Source: an uncultured Flavobacteriales bacterium
GTDB taxonomy: Bacteria > Bacteroidota > Bacteroidia > Flavobacteriales > TMED113
Direction: 5' to 3'
Assembly (NCBI GenBank): GCA_964435285.1
Contig: CAYSYA010000001.1
Coordinates: 22,322 to 86,321, forward strand
DNA length: 64,000 nucleotides
In this document: in pieces, positions 46,453 to 56,287 of the stretch
Layout: each line of letters opens with the position of its first letter
Position numbering within the stretch: the stretch's first letter is position 1
Position numbers and translations under genes: made by a program
Notes under the pieces: generated by a model
Databases searched by the model: none
Told to the model about the DNA's origin: nothing
The model's input: only the letters and a program-made list of their open reading frames with translations

Positions 46453-47928
46453 ATGAAACAAGTTAATTTTATTTTGGTATTTTTTATTTTTTACATATTT
46501 CATGCACAATCACAGTGTTTGGATTTAGAATATGGATGCGACACTGTTAAAACTAATAATTTTTTAAGTAATTACACAGAGTATTATAAACAGAAAAGTT
46601 TTTCTGATGCTTATGAGCCTTGGAAATGGTTAGTGGAAAACTCACCACAAAGAACTAAAAATTTATATTTACATGGGCCAAAAATTTTAAAAGGCCTAAT
46701 TGAAAAAAGTGAAGATGATGTTAAGAAAGATAATTTAATTCAGGAATTGATTAAAATATATGATTTAAGGTTAAAATATTATCCGGGAAAAGAAGGATAT
46801 GTTTTAGCCCTCAAAGGAAAAGACATGTACAAGTACAAGTCTAATACAATTGAAGAATTGAAAGCCTGTCGCCTTGTTTTACAAAATTCTTTTGAGATAG
46901 ATGGATTAAACAGTACGGCTACTACAATAAATTATTATTTTAATGTTTCTTTAAAGCTTTTCCAACAAAAAGAAATTGACAAACAAGATTTAATGACTTT
47001 ATTTTCTGATGTCTCCGAAGTAGTTGATTACCGTGAGGTCAGTATTTCTCAAGAAATTTTTAATTTGAACTCTGATACTACAAAATTGTTAACAACTAAA
47101 GAAAAAAAAGAAATATCTAAATTAAAATCTGAATTAGAAAGAATTGAAAAGGCAAAAAAAAGTGTTAATAAAAATTTTGAAAAGATTATTACAAGTTGCG
47201 ATCAACTTGTTGCATTGTATGAGGGTTTTAACAGATTTACAATTAAACAAGAGTGGAACAAAAAAAATGAAAAATATGATAAATTTTATACAGATTTTAT
47301 AAGTAGTGGGGATTCAGTAAATGATTTAAAGTGGTTAAACAGAACAGCAGAAATATTTATTAAGAAAGATTGTATGGATAGTGACTTTTATCTAGAGGTT
47401 GTTACTTTATTACATGAAATGAATCCAACATCCGAATCCGCATTCAAAATGGGAAAAAGACAATACGCAAAAAAAGAATACAGGGATGCAATTAATTATT
47501 TTGTTGAAGCTTATGAAAATGAAGAGCTTAATAATATTAACAAATCTAAGTATGCATTTTATGCAGCAGCAGCTTCCGCTCTAGTTGGTAGCAACTCAAC
47601 AGCAAGATCTTATGCTCTTAAAGCTGCTAACTATAGAAAAAATTGGGGTGACCCTTATATTCTTATAGGAAAATTATATGCTCAAACCGCATCTAAGTGT
47701 GGAAATGATCCGGCATCAAAAAAAGCTGGCTATTGGGCTGCAATTGATAAATTTCAATTAGCCAAAAAAATAGACAAATCTTGTGAAAAAGAAGCCAATA
47801 AATTAATATCAGATTATTCAAAAAGAGTTCCTACTAAAAGCATGTGGAGAGATAATGTAAGTAATCCTGATGCAAAAACTTATAAGATTAATTGTTGGTA
47901 CTCTGAAAATGTAAGAGTAAGATTTTGA
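46453..47928 (+). CDS. uncharacterised exported helical-repeat (TPR-like) protein
   Basis: 491 aa. Signal peptide MKQVNFILVFFIFYIFHAQSQ, and C-terminal TPR-like segments (YRDAINYFVEAYENEE..., ARSYALKAANYRKNWGDPYILIGKLYAQ). Confidence 0.45.
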   Translation: MKQVNFILVFFIFYIFHAQSQCLDLEYGCDTVKTNNFLSNYTEYYKQKSFSDAYEPWKWLVENSPQRTKNLYLHGPKILKGLIEKSEDDVKKDNLIQELIKIYDLRLKYYPGKEGYVLALKGKDMYKYKSNTIEELKACRLVLQNSFEIDGLNSTATTINYYFNVSLKLFQQKEIDKQDLMTLFSDVSEVVDYREVSISQEIFNLNSDTTKLLTTKEKKEISKLKSELERIEKAKKSVNKNFEKIITSCDQLVALYEGFNRFTIKQEWNKKNEKYDKFYTDFISSGDSVNDLKWLNRTAEIFIKKDCMDSDFYLEVVTLLHEMNPTSESAFKMGKRQYAKKEYRDAINYFVEAYENEELNNINKSKYAFYAAAASALVGSNSTARSYALKAANYRKNWGDPYILIGKLYAQTASKCGNDPASKKAGYWAAIDKFQLAKKIDKSCEKEANKLISDYSKRVPTKSMWRDNVSNPDAKTYKINCWYSENVRVRF

Positions 47929-48545
47929 GAAAATATTTTTTTTTTATTTTTTTTCTTATAATTTCTTCATGTTCAAACAAGGATATTAATTATGATTTTT
48001 TAAACAATGAGGTGTCTAGTCATGAAAAGGCTTCGAATTTATATATGAATTATTTTTCAAATGGGAGTAAAAGGTTTTTACTTCAAACTAAAAACATGGA
48101 ATCTTACAAAGATTATGTTTATGTAAACAAAGATTATAATAATTTGTGTTTTATGGACACAATTTTGTATGAATTGGAACCCCAGTTTATATTAAAGGAT
48201 TCTGTATATGATATTTCTTTTTTCTATGACTCTGTTTTAGTAATTAATTACAATAATTTAGGAGATTCGGTTTTTGAAATATCTTCACAAAAACTAATAC
48301 ACTACGTCAATAAAGACATTATTGAGTTAACAAATAATGTACAATTAAAAAATTATAATGGAGATCTTCTTAAAACAAATCAGTTGTTTTGGAATATTGA
48401 AAATAACAATATTTTATCCTTAGATACTGTTTCAATTAAAACATCTGATAAAGTAATTAATGGTTGTGGTTTTTACTCTGATGATAATTTTGAAAATTAT
48501 AAGATTTTTAATATTAACGGTATAATTCAAATTGATCAAGAATAA
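47925..48545 (+). CDS. lptC: LptC-like periplasmic lipoprotein (LPS export)
   Basis: 206 aa. Lipoprotein signal FFLIISSCSN. The size, beta-rich composition, the C-terminal ...VINGCGFYSDDNFENYKIFNINGII pattern and the position upstream of a CorC-type gene match Bacteroidota LptC annotations. Assignment is by eye. Confidence 0.5.
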   Translation: MRKYFFFIFFLIISSCSNKDINYDFLNNEVSSHEKASNLYMNYFSNGSKRFLLQTKNMESYKDYVYVNKDYNNLCFMDTILYELEPQFILKDSVYDISFFYDSVLVINYNNLGDSVFEISSQKLIHYVNKDIIELTNNVQLKNYNGDLLKTNQLFWNIENNNILSLDTVSIKTSDKVINGCGFYSDDNFENYKIFNINGIIQIDQE

Positions 48546-48554
48546 TTATATTTT

Positions 48555-49799
48555 ATGAATGCAACTATAATTATCATTTCATTGATTTTTTCTGCTTTTT
48601 TTTCAGGAATGGAAATTGCTTTTTTTTCTTCAAACAAATTAAAAATTGCACTAGATAAGGAAAGTGGAACAAAATCTGAAAAAATAATTTTTAATTTTTT
48701 AAATAATCAATCTCATTTTATAACAACAATGTTAATTGGAAATAATATTGCTTTAGTAGTATATGGATTATTTATGGCAAAGGTTTTAAATGCAACGCTT
48801 TCAAATTTCATTAACAATCAATTTTTAATAGGGATTCTAGAAATTTTATTGGCATCTATTTTAGTTTTAATTATTGCAGAATTTATTCCAAAAGCTATCT
48901 TTTCTACACTTTCAAATAAAATGTTAAAAGTATTTGCAATACCTGCTTCTTTAATGTATAAAATACTAACCCCTATAGTTTTTGTTATGTCTTTTATTTC
49001 AAGTTTGATACTTAAAATATTTGCGGTTGAAATTTTAGAAAAAAAAATAGATTTTAATAGAATAGACTTAGATAATTATTTAGAGCAGCATTATACAGAA
49101 AATCAAGAAAACATAAACCCAGAGGTTGAAATTTTGAAAAATGCACTTGATTTTTCAAAAATTAAAGTAAGAGATTGCATGATTCCTAGAACAGAAGTCA
49201 TAAGTATGGACTTAAATGACAGTATAGAAAATTTACAAAAAAGTTTTATAAAATCAGGTCACTCGAAAATTATTATATATAGGGAAAGTATTGATTCAAT
49301 ATTAGGTTATGTACACTCCTTTGAATTATTTAAAAATCCCAAAAAAATTCGTGATATGTTATTGCCAATCTCTTTTGTGCCTGAAGGTATGTTGGTGAAA
49401 AAAGTCTTAGATCAACTATTAAAAGATAGGAGGAGTATTGCTATTGTTTTAGACGAATATGGGGGGACGTCAGGTATTATTTGTTTAGAAGATATAGTTG
49501 AAGAACTATTTGGTGAAATTCAGGATGAACACGATATCACTGAAGTTGTAGAAGAAAAAGTTTCAACTAATAAAATTAAGTTCAGTGGTAAAGTTAAAGT
49601 AAGTTATTTAAATGAAAAATATGACCTTTCTTTACCTGACTCGGGTGAGTATGAAACTTTAGGTGGATTAATTCTATCTTCTCTAAGTAATTTGCCAGAA
49701 AAAAATGAAAAAATAAATATTAAAAATCATATTTTTTTAGTTTCCAAAGTATCAGATAACCTTATAGAGGAAGTAATACTTGTTTTAAATAACAAATAA
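48555..49799 (+). CDS. CNNM/HlyC/CorC family transporter (DUF21 - CBS pair - CorC_HlyC)
   Basis: 414 aa. It has 4 N-terminal TMs, a CBS region (VRDCMIPRTEV...) and a DEYGGTSGIICLEDIVEELFGEIQDEHD transporter-associated motif. Confidence 0.82.
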   Translation: MNATIIIISLIFSAFFSGMEIAFFSSNKLKIALDKESGTKSEKIIFNFLNNQSHFITTMLIGNNIALVVYGLFMAKVLNATLSNFINNQFLIGILEILLASILVLIIAEFIPKAIFSTLSNKMLKVFAIPASLMYKILTPIVFVMSFISSLILKIFAVEILEKKIDFNRIDLDNYLEQHYTENQENINPEVEILKNALDFSKIKVRDCMIPRTEVISMDLNDSIENLQKSFIKSGHSKIIIYRESIDSILGYVHSFELFKNPKKIRDMLLPISFVPEGMLVKKVLDQLLKDRRSIAIVLDEYGGTSGIICLEDIVEELFGEIQDEHDITEVVEEKVSTNKIKFSGKVKVSYLNEKYDLSLPDSGEYETLGGLILSSLSNLPEKNEKINIKNHIFLVSKVSDNLIEEVILVLNNK

Positions 49800-49834
49800 A
49801 TTGTATATTCGTATCCCCAAAAAATATTTTTAAG

Positions 49835-51841
49835 ATGGCAGTATTAAATACTTTAAGAACAAATAAAATTTTAAAAGGCATTACTTTCTTTATCATTGGA
49901 GTGGGTATGTACTTATTTGTTGATCCTCAATTTGACGCTTTTAAAACCTTTGGAATGATTTTTTCTGGTACTAACAATGACTTAGAAATAAACTCTCTAG
50001 GTTCTTCTCATGGTTACCAACTATATAATTCTTACGAAAGACCTAATTCTAGAGGGGGAAGTTATTTTGTTTCAAACCCTGAAGATATTGCCTTACAAGC
50101 TCATTTAACTTATCTAGAGTTTGTTCAACAATCTCAAAACACAGTTAATTCAAATAAAAGAAATTTAAATAATATATGGGATCACTTCTCTCAAAGATCT
50201 TTCATTAAAAATGAGATGAAAACTTTAGAATACAAGTACTCTGAGGTAGAAAAAATAGATTTAGTAAAGGGAACAATTACTGGTATAGATAATGCATCTC
50301 CTTTTTTTAATTCATGGTGGAGAGCATTAAGAACAAATGATGAGGGAGAAGTTGATTCTAGTATTGACGGGAAAATATTAGAAGATAGTATAGCAGTTTG
50401 GATGGAAAACAGTAAAGTAAATCAAAATCAGGCTAATTACCTTAACTATAATTTTATGTTTAAACCTTTTCAAATATCAAATAATGAAATAAATAGGTTT
50501 ACATCACTATACGACTTAGGAACTTTTGCACCTAAATTATATTTAGAAAAAGAATATAGGGATTCTCAAAAAAAGTTAAACGGAAAATATATTTTTATAC
50601 CATATAGGGAGATTAAAGATACAGAAATTGAGATTACAGATGATGAGTTAATGACTTATTACAACTCAAATTTAGATGATTATTTAAATGATGATAAAAC
50701 AAGAATAATTGATTATTATTATTTTGAATCTAAACCAAGTATTGATGATGTTGCTAAGGCAAAAAATCAAATTATAGCTCAGGTCAATAATAATTTAAAA
50801 AATTTCCAAGCTTTAATTTCTGATACAACTAATTCAAGTAAAGGATTATTGGATTATGTTAGAGAAAAATCAGTTATTAAGAGTTCTGTTGAATTAGAAA
50901 AAAAATCTTCTGCGGAAATTAACCAATATAAGAACAACTTAATTAACGAATTAGGAGAATCATTTTTTGGACCAATTGTTGAAGATGATATTGTTAAAAT
51001 AGGAATAATAATAAATCAGTATAAGGATTCAGTGGATGTTGTGTTTTTGAATAAAGACATTTATCTTGATGATAATACAACTGAAAAAAACTTTAGAAGA
51101 GCTAAAGATTTTGCATTTTCTAACAAAACATCTGAAGAATTTGAAAATAGCGCAAAAAAACTCAAAAATGTAATTATTAAAAAAAATATTTCTATCTCAG
51201 ACTTAGACACTGAGATAACTGGCATCAAAGGAAACTCTAGAGAAATTATAAGATGGATTTATGGAATTCCTAATAATATAAATACTGCTTTACCATTTAC
51301 TTCAGTAGATTTTGAAGAGCGAGAATTAGGTCAAGTAAAAAGGTTTACGTCAAATATATATGATGATGTTGTGGTTTTTGTAAAAGAAATTAAAGATGCA
51401 AAGTATAAAGATTTTAAATCTGTAAAATCTGAAATTAAAAAGAAAATTATTGATTCAAAAAAATCTGAACTTATTTTAGAAAGAATAAGTCAAAATTGGT
51501 CAAATGATATTAATCAATTAGCTAAAAATCTCAACAAAACAGTTAATAATGCTTCTAATTTTTCATTTAAAAATTCTAATTTTTCTGATGGCGGAAGTGA
51601 CCCTGGGGCAACAGGTTTCTTTTTTGGTTTGAATAAAGATAAATTATCACGTGCTTATGTTGGAAATAGAGGTGTTTTTATTTTCTTGAAAGGTGATATT
51701 ATTTCATCAGAATTTTCAGATGACGAAGTATTGGGAAATAAGCAACAAATAATTAATTCTGCAAAGTCAGAGTTTAAATTAAATGTTATTAACCAATCAA
51801 AGAATGAAGATCAAATTGAAATGTTGCATATGTCATTTTAG
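49835..51841 (+). CDS. ppiD: PpiD-like periplasmic chaperone (SurA_N plus degenerate parvulin domain)
   Basis: 668 aa. N-terminus MAVLNTLRTNKILKGITFFIIGVGMYLFV (anchor). The central region aligns with a parvulin domain, but the usual His-containing motifs are replaced (IIDYYYFES, KIGIIINQ). Confidence 0.68.
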   Translation: MAVLNTLRTNKILKGITFFIIGVGMYLFVDPQFDAFKTFGMIFSGTNNDLEINSLGSSHGYQLYNSYERPNSRGGSYFVSNPEDIALQAHLTYLEFVQQSQNTVNSNKRNLNNIWDHFSQRSFIKNEMKTLEYKYSEVEKIDLVKGTITGIDNASPFFNSWWRALRTNDEGEVDSSIDGKILEDSIAVWMENSKVNQNQANYLNYNFMFKPFQISNNEINRFTSLYDLGTFAPKLYLEKEYRDSQKKLNGKYIFIPYREIKDTEIEITDDELMTYYNSNLDDYLNDDKTRIIDYYYFESKPSIDDVAKAKNQIIAQVNNNLKNFQALISDTTNSSKGLLDYVREKSVIKSSVELEKKSSAEINQYKNNLINELGESFFGPIVEDDIVKIGIIINQYKDSVDVVFLNKDIYLDDNTTEKNFRRAKDFAFSNKTSEEFENSAKKLKNVIIKKNISISDLDTEITGIKGNSREIIRWIYGIPNNINTALPFTSVDFEERELGQVKRFTSNIYDDVVVFVKEIKDAKYKDFKSVKSEIKKKIIDSKKSELILERISQNWSNDINQLAKNLNKTVNNASNFSFKNSNFSDGGSDPGATGFFFGLNKDKLSRAYVGNRGVFIFLKGDIISSEFSDDEVLGNKQQIINSAKSEFKLNVINQSKNEDQIEMLHMSF

Positions 51842-53074
51842 TATTTCCATTCTGTAAGAATCTAGTTTCAAGAAAAAGAAAAGAAAAATAGTCATACTTA
51901 CTAAAGCAGTTCCTCCGTAACTCACAAACGGTAGAGGTATTCCCACTACTGGAAATAATCCAAGAATCATACCAATATTAATAGAAAAGTGGCTAAAGAA
52001 AATTCCCAAAAAACTATATCCAAAAATTCTAGAAAATTTTGATCTTTGTCTCTCGCTGATTATTATTATTCGGATCATAAAAAAAACAAATAGTAATATT
52101 GAAACTAAAGAACCAAAAAATCCAATTTCTTCTCCTATTGCGCAAAAAATAAAATCTGTACTTTGCTCCGGAATGTAGTCTCCTTTTGTTTGGGTCCCTT
52201 GTAAAAAACCTTTACCAAAAAAACCGCCCGATCCAATTCCAATTAATGACTGATCTAAATTGTATCTTTCAGCTTTACTTATATTTTTTCCTAAAAGAAC
52301 ATTAATACGTGTTTGTTGGTGGGGTTTAAGTAAGTTTTCAAAAGAATATTGAAAGAAAAAAGAACATATAGTGCATATTATAAAAAAGGTCAAAGTATAC
52401 TTTAATGAAATTTTTTTAACAAAGAAAAATATCAGAAAAGTTATGAAAGTAGTTATTAATACGTATTTAAATGATAATAGAACTGTAAGAATAAATAATA
52501 ATGCTAATGTAAAAATTACAATTGGAATAAATTTGTTTAAACCCTCTCTAAAAAGAGGAATTATTAAAAAAGTGAATACTAAACATGAACCTAAATCTGG
52601 CTGTAAAAAAATTAAAAATACAGGAAAAAAAATTATAAGTGATACTTTAATCAAATCTCTTTTATTGGATAATGTTACATCGAAGTTTGATAAAAATTTA
52701 CTTATAGCAAGGACGGTGCCAAATTTAGCAAATTCTGCAGGTTGAAATCCAAAAGCGCCAAAATCAAACCACGATTTTGCACCGTGTTTAGTTTCTCCAA
52801 AGATTAAAACACCAAATAAAAGTAAAATGGAAAAAAAATAAATTAAGTATGATAACCTCATTAAAAATTTACCATCTAATAATAAAATAAATACGCCTAT
52901 CAAGAGAGATATAAGATGAAATATTATTTGTTTTCCAAATTCAGAGTAAAAAGAAAAGGGGACACTAGGATTATATTCTACCACGAATATAGCATAAAGG
53001 CCTAACAAGACTAATCCTAAATAAGAAAAAAATATTTTAAAGTCTATAAATTTATAGTCAGGGTTTCTATTCAT
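51833..53074 (-). CDS. rodA: rod shape-determining protein RodA (SEDS family)
   Basis: 413 aa polytopic protein of the FtsW/RodA/SpoVE type (PAEFAK, QPDLGS, TDFIF), directly downstream of PBP2. Confidence 0.88.
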   Translation of the reverse strand: MNRNPDYKFIDFKIFFSYLGLVLLGLYAIFVVEYNPSVPFSFYSEFGKQIIFHLISLLIGVFILLLDGKFLMRLSYLIYFFSILLLFGVLIFGETKHGAKSWFDFGAFGFQPAEFAKFGTVLAISKFLSNFDVTLSNKRDLIKVSLIIFFPVFLIFLQPDLGSCLVFTFLIIPLFREGLNKFIPIVIFTLALLFILTVLLSFKYVLITTFITFLIFFFVKKISLKYTLTFFIICTICSFFFQYSFENLLKPHQQTRINVLLGKNISKAERYNLDQSLIGIGSGGFFGKGFLQGTQTKGDYIPEQSTDFIFCAIGEEIGFFGSLVSILLFVFFMIRIIIISERQRSKFSRIFGYSFLGIFFSHFSINIGMILGLFPVVGIPLPFVSYGGTALVSMTIFLFFFLKLDSYRMEILK

Positions 53075-54951
53075 TAATCAAAAATATTTTTAATATAATT
53101 TTTAAATTTCAAATCATATCCTGGTTTATTTTTAAATGTTAAATCAATTCTTCTATTGAGATATTTCTCAATACATAAATTTGCAATTGGCGCTGCCGCG
53201 TCACCACCGTCCCCTCCATTTTCTATATATACTGCAATAGCAATCTCAGGATTTATTTTAGGAGAGAAAGCGGTGAATACCGAATGGTCTATTTGTTTAA
53301 TTTTATTTTTAGAATTTTCAACAGTACCAGTTTTACCACAAATTTGAATATTAGTGATTTTTGTTTTTTTTGCAGTTCCATTTATTCCATTAATTACTCT
53401 TTCCATTCCTTTTATAACATAATCAAAATATTTTTTTGAAATTGAAACTTTCTTTTTTTCCTTAAACTTTTTTTGAATTAATTGTAATTCTACAATTTCA
53501 CTAATTGATTTAATTCCTTTCATATTTTTTAAAATATGGGGGGTAAAATAATAACCTCTGTTTGCAAGAATTGCTGTATAATTTGCTAGTTGAATGGGAG
53601 TTGTTAATAATTCACCTTGACCTATTCCTAGTGAAATACAATTTGAGGGCCCCCATCTAAACCCTTCATAAATTTTATTGTAGAAATTTCCGTCTGGAAC
53701 TTTTCCTGGAACACCAGCGTGTAAATCATTATTAAGAAAATTACCAAAACCGAATTCCTTTAAGTAATTCGCCCATATATTAACACCTTCATCGCTTGTT
53801 TTTTTACTTTTCACTAGCCTGTAAAACATTTCGCAAAAATAAGCATTACATGATTCTGCTAAAGCATTAGTAATATTCATTGGAGGATGATCTGTTCCAT
53901 GGCAGGCAACTTTCATTCTTTTCCCATAGTTCCATCCATAGTTACAGTTTATTTTGGTGTTAGTTGAAATAATACCTTCTTGTAAACCTATTAGTGCAGT
54001 TAACATTTTTATTGTTGATCCAGGGGCATATGTAGATAGTATAGTTCTATCAAAAAGTGGTTTGTTAGGATTGTCTCTTAAATTAGGATAAATTTTGTTT
54101 CTCTTGCTTCCAATGAAGTCGGATGGGTCATACGAAGGGCTAGTAACTAAACATAGAATTTCCCCAGTACTAGGTTCAATAGCAACAATACTTCCAGTGT
54201 AATTTTTCATGATTTTTTCTCCAAACTCTTGTAGTTCTAAATCGATTGTAAGAGTCATTGAATTTCCAGGGATAGAAAGAGTATCTAGTTCTCCATTTTT
54301 ATATGGCATTTGTTTTCCAGTTACGTCTTGAAGAATGTGTTTGACTCCTTTCTTTCCCCTTAAAAATTTTTCGTAAGATTTATCAATTCCAGATTTTCCT
54401 ATTCTATCTCCACTTTCATAATATTTGTCACTTATTTTAACATTATTAATTATACCAATATAACCTAAAATATTTGCGGCGTATTTAGTGTTATATTTTC
54501 TTACCATTCTATGTTGTTCATAAAGACCAGAAAATTGAAATAAATTTTCAAGAAGAGAAAATGGAACTTCTTCAAGAAATATAGATCCTTTACTATATGA
54601 ATATTGTTTAGCTTTTTCAATTTTTTCTGATAATTGAGATATAGATATATTAAAGTAATTACATAAATTTATTGAATCTTCTAGTGTAGTCAATTTTAAT
54701 TCTCTTGGAATCATCATTATATCAATTATACTATCATTTTTTGCAATTAATTTGTTATTTCTATCATAAACTAATCCTCTTTCAGGTGGTAGCAGAATTC
54801 TTCTTTTTGCGTTATTTTCTGCTAAGTTTTCGTAATATGAGTTTTGAATTATTTGTATGTAAAATAACTTTGAAATAAAAATTGAAGAAACGAAGAAAAT
54901 TAAAAAATAAATAAAAAATCTTCTATTTGCTAGTATAAAATTTCTTTTCAT
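53074..54951 (-). CDS. mrdA: penicillin-binding protein 2 (transpeptidase)
   Basis: 625 aa with SxxK (GSTIKM), SxN (ESCN) and KTGT motifs. Confidence 0.92.
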   Translation of the reverse strand: MKRNFILANRRFFIYFLIFFVSSIFISKLFYIQIIQNSYYENLAENNAKRRILLPPERGLVYDRNNKLIAKNDSIIDIMMIPRELKLTTLEDSINLCNYFNISISQLSEKIEKAKQYSYSKGSIFLEEVPFSLLENLFQFSGLYEQHRMVRKYNTKYAANILGYIGIINNVKISDKYYESGDRIGKSGIDKSYEKFLRGKKGVKHILQDVTGKQMPYKNGELDTLSIPGNSMTLTIDLELQEFGEKIMKNYTGSIVAIEPSTGEILCLVTSPSYDPSDFIGSKRNKIYPNLRDNPNKPLFDRTILSTYAPGSTIKMLTALIGLQEGIISTNTKINCNYGWNYGKRMKVACHGTDHPPMNITNALAESCNAYFCEMFYRLVKSKKTSDEGVNIWANYLKEFGFGNFLNNDLHAGVPGKVPDGNFYNKIYEGFRWGPSNCISLGIGQGELLTTPIQLANYTAILANRGYYFTPHILKNMKGIKSISEIVELQLIQKKFKEKKKVSISKKYFDYVIKGMERVINGINGTAKKTKITNIQICGKTGTVENSKNKIKQIDHSVFTAFSPKINPEIAIAVYIENGGDGGDAAAPIANLCIEKYLNRRIDLTFKNKPGYDLKFKNYIKNIFD

Positions 54952-55445
54952 TTCTTGAATATATAATATGAAAAAATTAAAAGCATGGAGGTGAAAAATG
55001 AGCTTAGAAATGTGCTAATGATTATATTTTTAAAATTTAAGCCTGAAAAAATAAATAATAAAAAATGGTGAAAAAAAACTCCAATTACAATATAAAAAAA
55101 GACTCTGCTGAAATTTAAATTATTAAAGTTTATTTCTGATAAACTATTTCCCCTAGTAGAAATAAATTTTATATACTTTGGTCTAAAATATCCTAAAATT
55201 AAACTACTAAATGCATGAACAGGTCCGCTCGTACTTAATGTACCAGTCCCAATATCAACTAATAAACCAATTAGAAAAGATGATAAAATGATAAATAAGT
55301 GACTTTTCTTAGTGGGAATAAATAATATAAAAATTACGTAGTAGAGTGGGTTGATCCAATTACTAAATAAAAACTGGTTAAGTACAAAAATTTGGAAAAT
55401 TACATTTCCAAAAAAACAAAATAAAATTGAATTATTTGTTTTCAT
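54948..55445 (-). CDS. mreD: rod shape-determining protein MreD
   Basis: 165-aa polytopic membrane protein between mreC and mrdA. Confidence 0.7.
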   Translation of the reverse strand: MKTNNSILFCFFGNVIFQIFVLNQFLFSNWINPLYYVIFILFIPTKKSHLFIILSSFLIGLLVDIGTGTLSTSGPVHAFSSLILGYFRPKYIKFISTRGNSLSEINFNNLNFSRVFFYIVIGVFFHHFLLFIFSGLNFKNIIISTFLSSFFTSMLLIFSYYIFKK

Positions 55446-56274
55446 AAAAATTTAATTCACTTTTTAATTTATCTTTAATTATTACTGCGTTATTTATATT
55501 TTTAAAGTCCACTCCAAATAAAACATCAATTTTAAAAGAATTAGAACTTATTTTTTTTTCAAAATTTGATATAGTTCCAATGAAAATTCCGCTATAAAAA
55601 CTTTTAGATTCGGAATGAGTAAATATTGAATCTCCTAATGAAATTTCTATTTCATTTCCAACGCCTTCTAAACTTCCATGAGTATGAGATTTTCCATTCC
55701 ATTTTAATATTCCTTCATTTAAAATTCCGTTTTTTGTTTTTATAGAAGTTAATAATCTAGTGTGATTGCTAATTATTGTCGTGACCTCACAAAAATGATC
55801 TGTAGTATTACTTACTATTCCAACTACTCCTTTTGTATTCATAACACCCATGTTTTTCAAAACTCCATGTTTTTTTCCTTTGTTTAGAATAAGAATATTA
55901 TTTGCTAGAGTCCAGTTTTTTTTTTCAATTTTTGCAGGAATATAATTGAATCTTTCTTTATTGTTCTGAAATATTAAATTTTTATTTTTTTTAAAAATTT
56001 GAAGTTCAGTGTTTTCAAATTTTAATTGTTCATTTTCTGATATGAGTTTACAGTTTTCTTCACTTAGTTTAATATTTACTTTTTTTAATTTGAAATATTC
56101 AACTAAATTATTTTCTGTCGCTAATGATGTATAAATCAAATTTTTGACTCCATTTAGTAGTTTTACTTCATTATAGGGATTAATTTTGAGAATTAGCGAT
56201 AGACAAAAAAAAACTAAAAAAATAAAAATAAAAAAAACATGATGCTTAATTAAAATTTCAATTAAAAATCGCAT
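55432..56274 (-). CDS. mreC: rod shape-determining protein MreC
   Basis: 280 aa with an N-terminal TM, a coiled coil and a beta-rich C-terminal domain. Positioned after mreB. Confidence 0.85.
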   Translation of the reverse strand: MRFLIEILIKHHVFFIFIFLVFFCLSLILKINPYNEVKLLNGVKNLIYTSLATENNLVEYFKLKKVNIKLSEENCKLISENEQLKFENTELQIFKKNKNLIFQNNKERFNYIPAKIEKKNWTLANNILILNKGKKHGVLKNMGVMNTKGVVGIVSNTTDHFCEVTTIISNHTRLLTSIKTKNGILNEGILKWNGKSHTHGSLEGVGNEIEISLGDSIFTHSESKSFYSGIFIGTISNFEKKISSNSFKIDVLFGVDFKNINNAVIIKDKLKSELNFYENK

Positions 56275-56287
56275 AAATTCAAATTAA

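Noticed and set aside
52371-52745. 124-aa ORF antisense to rodA. This is long for an AT-rich genome, where stops should be frequent.
   Set aside because: The product is a Lys/Asn/Ile-rich mirror image of a Phe/Ile/Leu-rich membrane gene. It has no start context, no domain-like pattern, and lies fully inside a well-supported gene. The same reasoning applies to 2311-2613 (antisense rplY), 39485-39799 (antisense nrdA), 17334-17606, 19891-20148 and 15999-16253.
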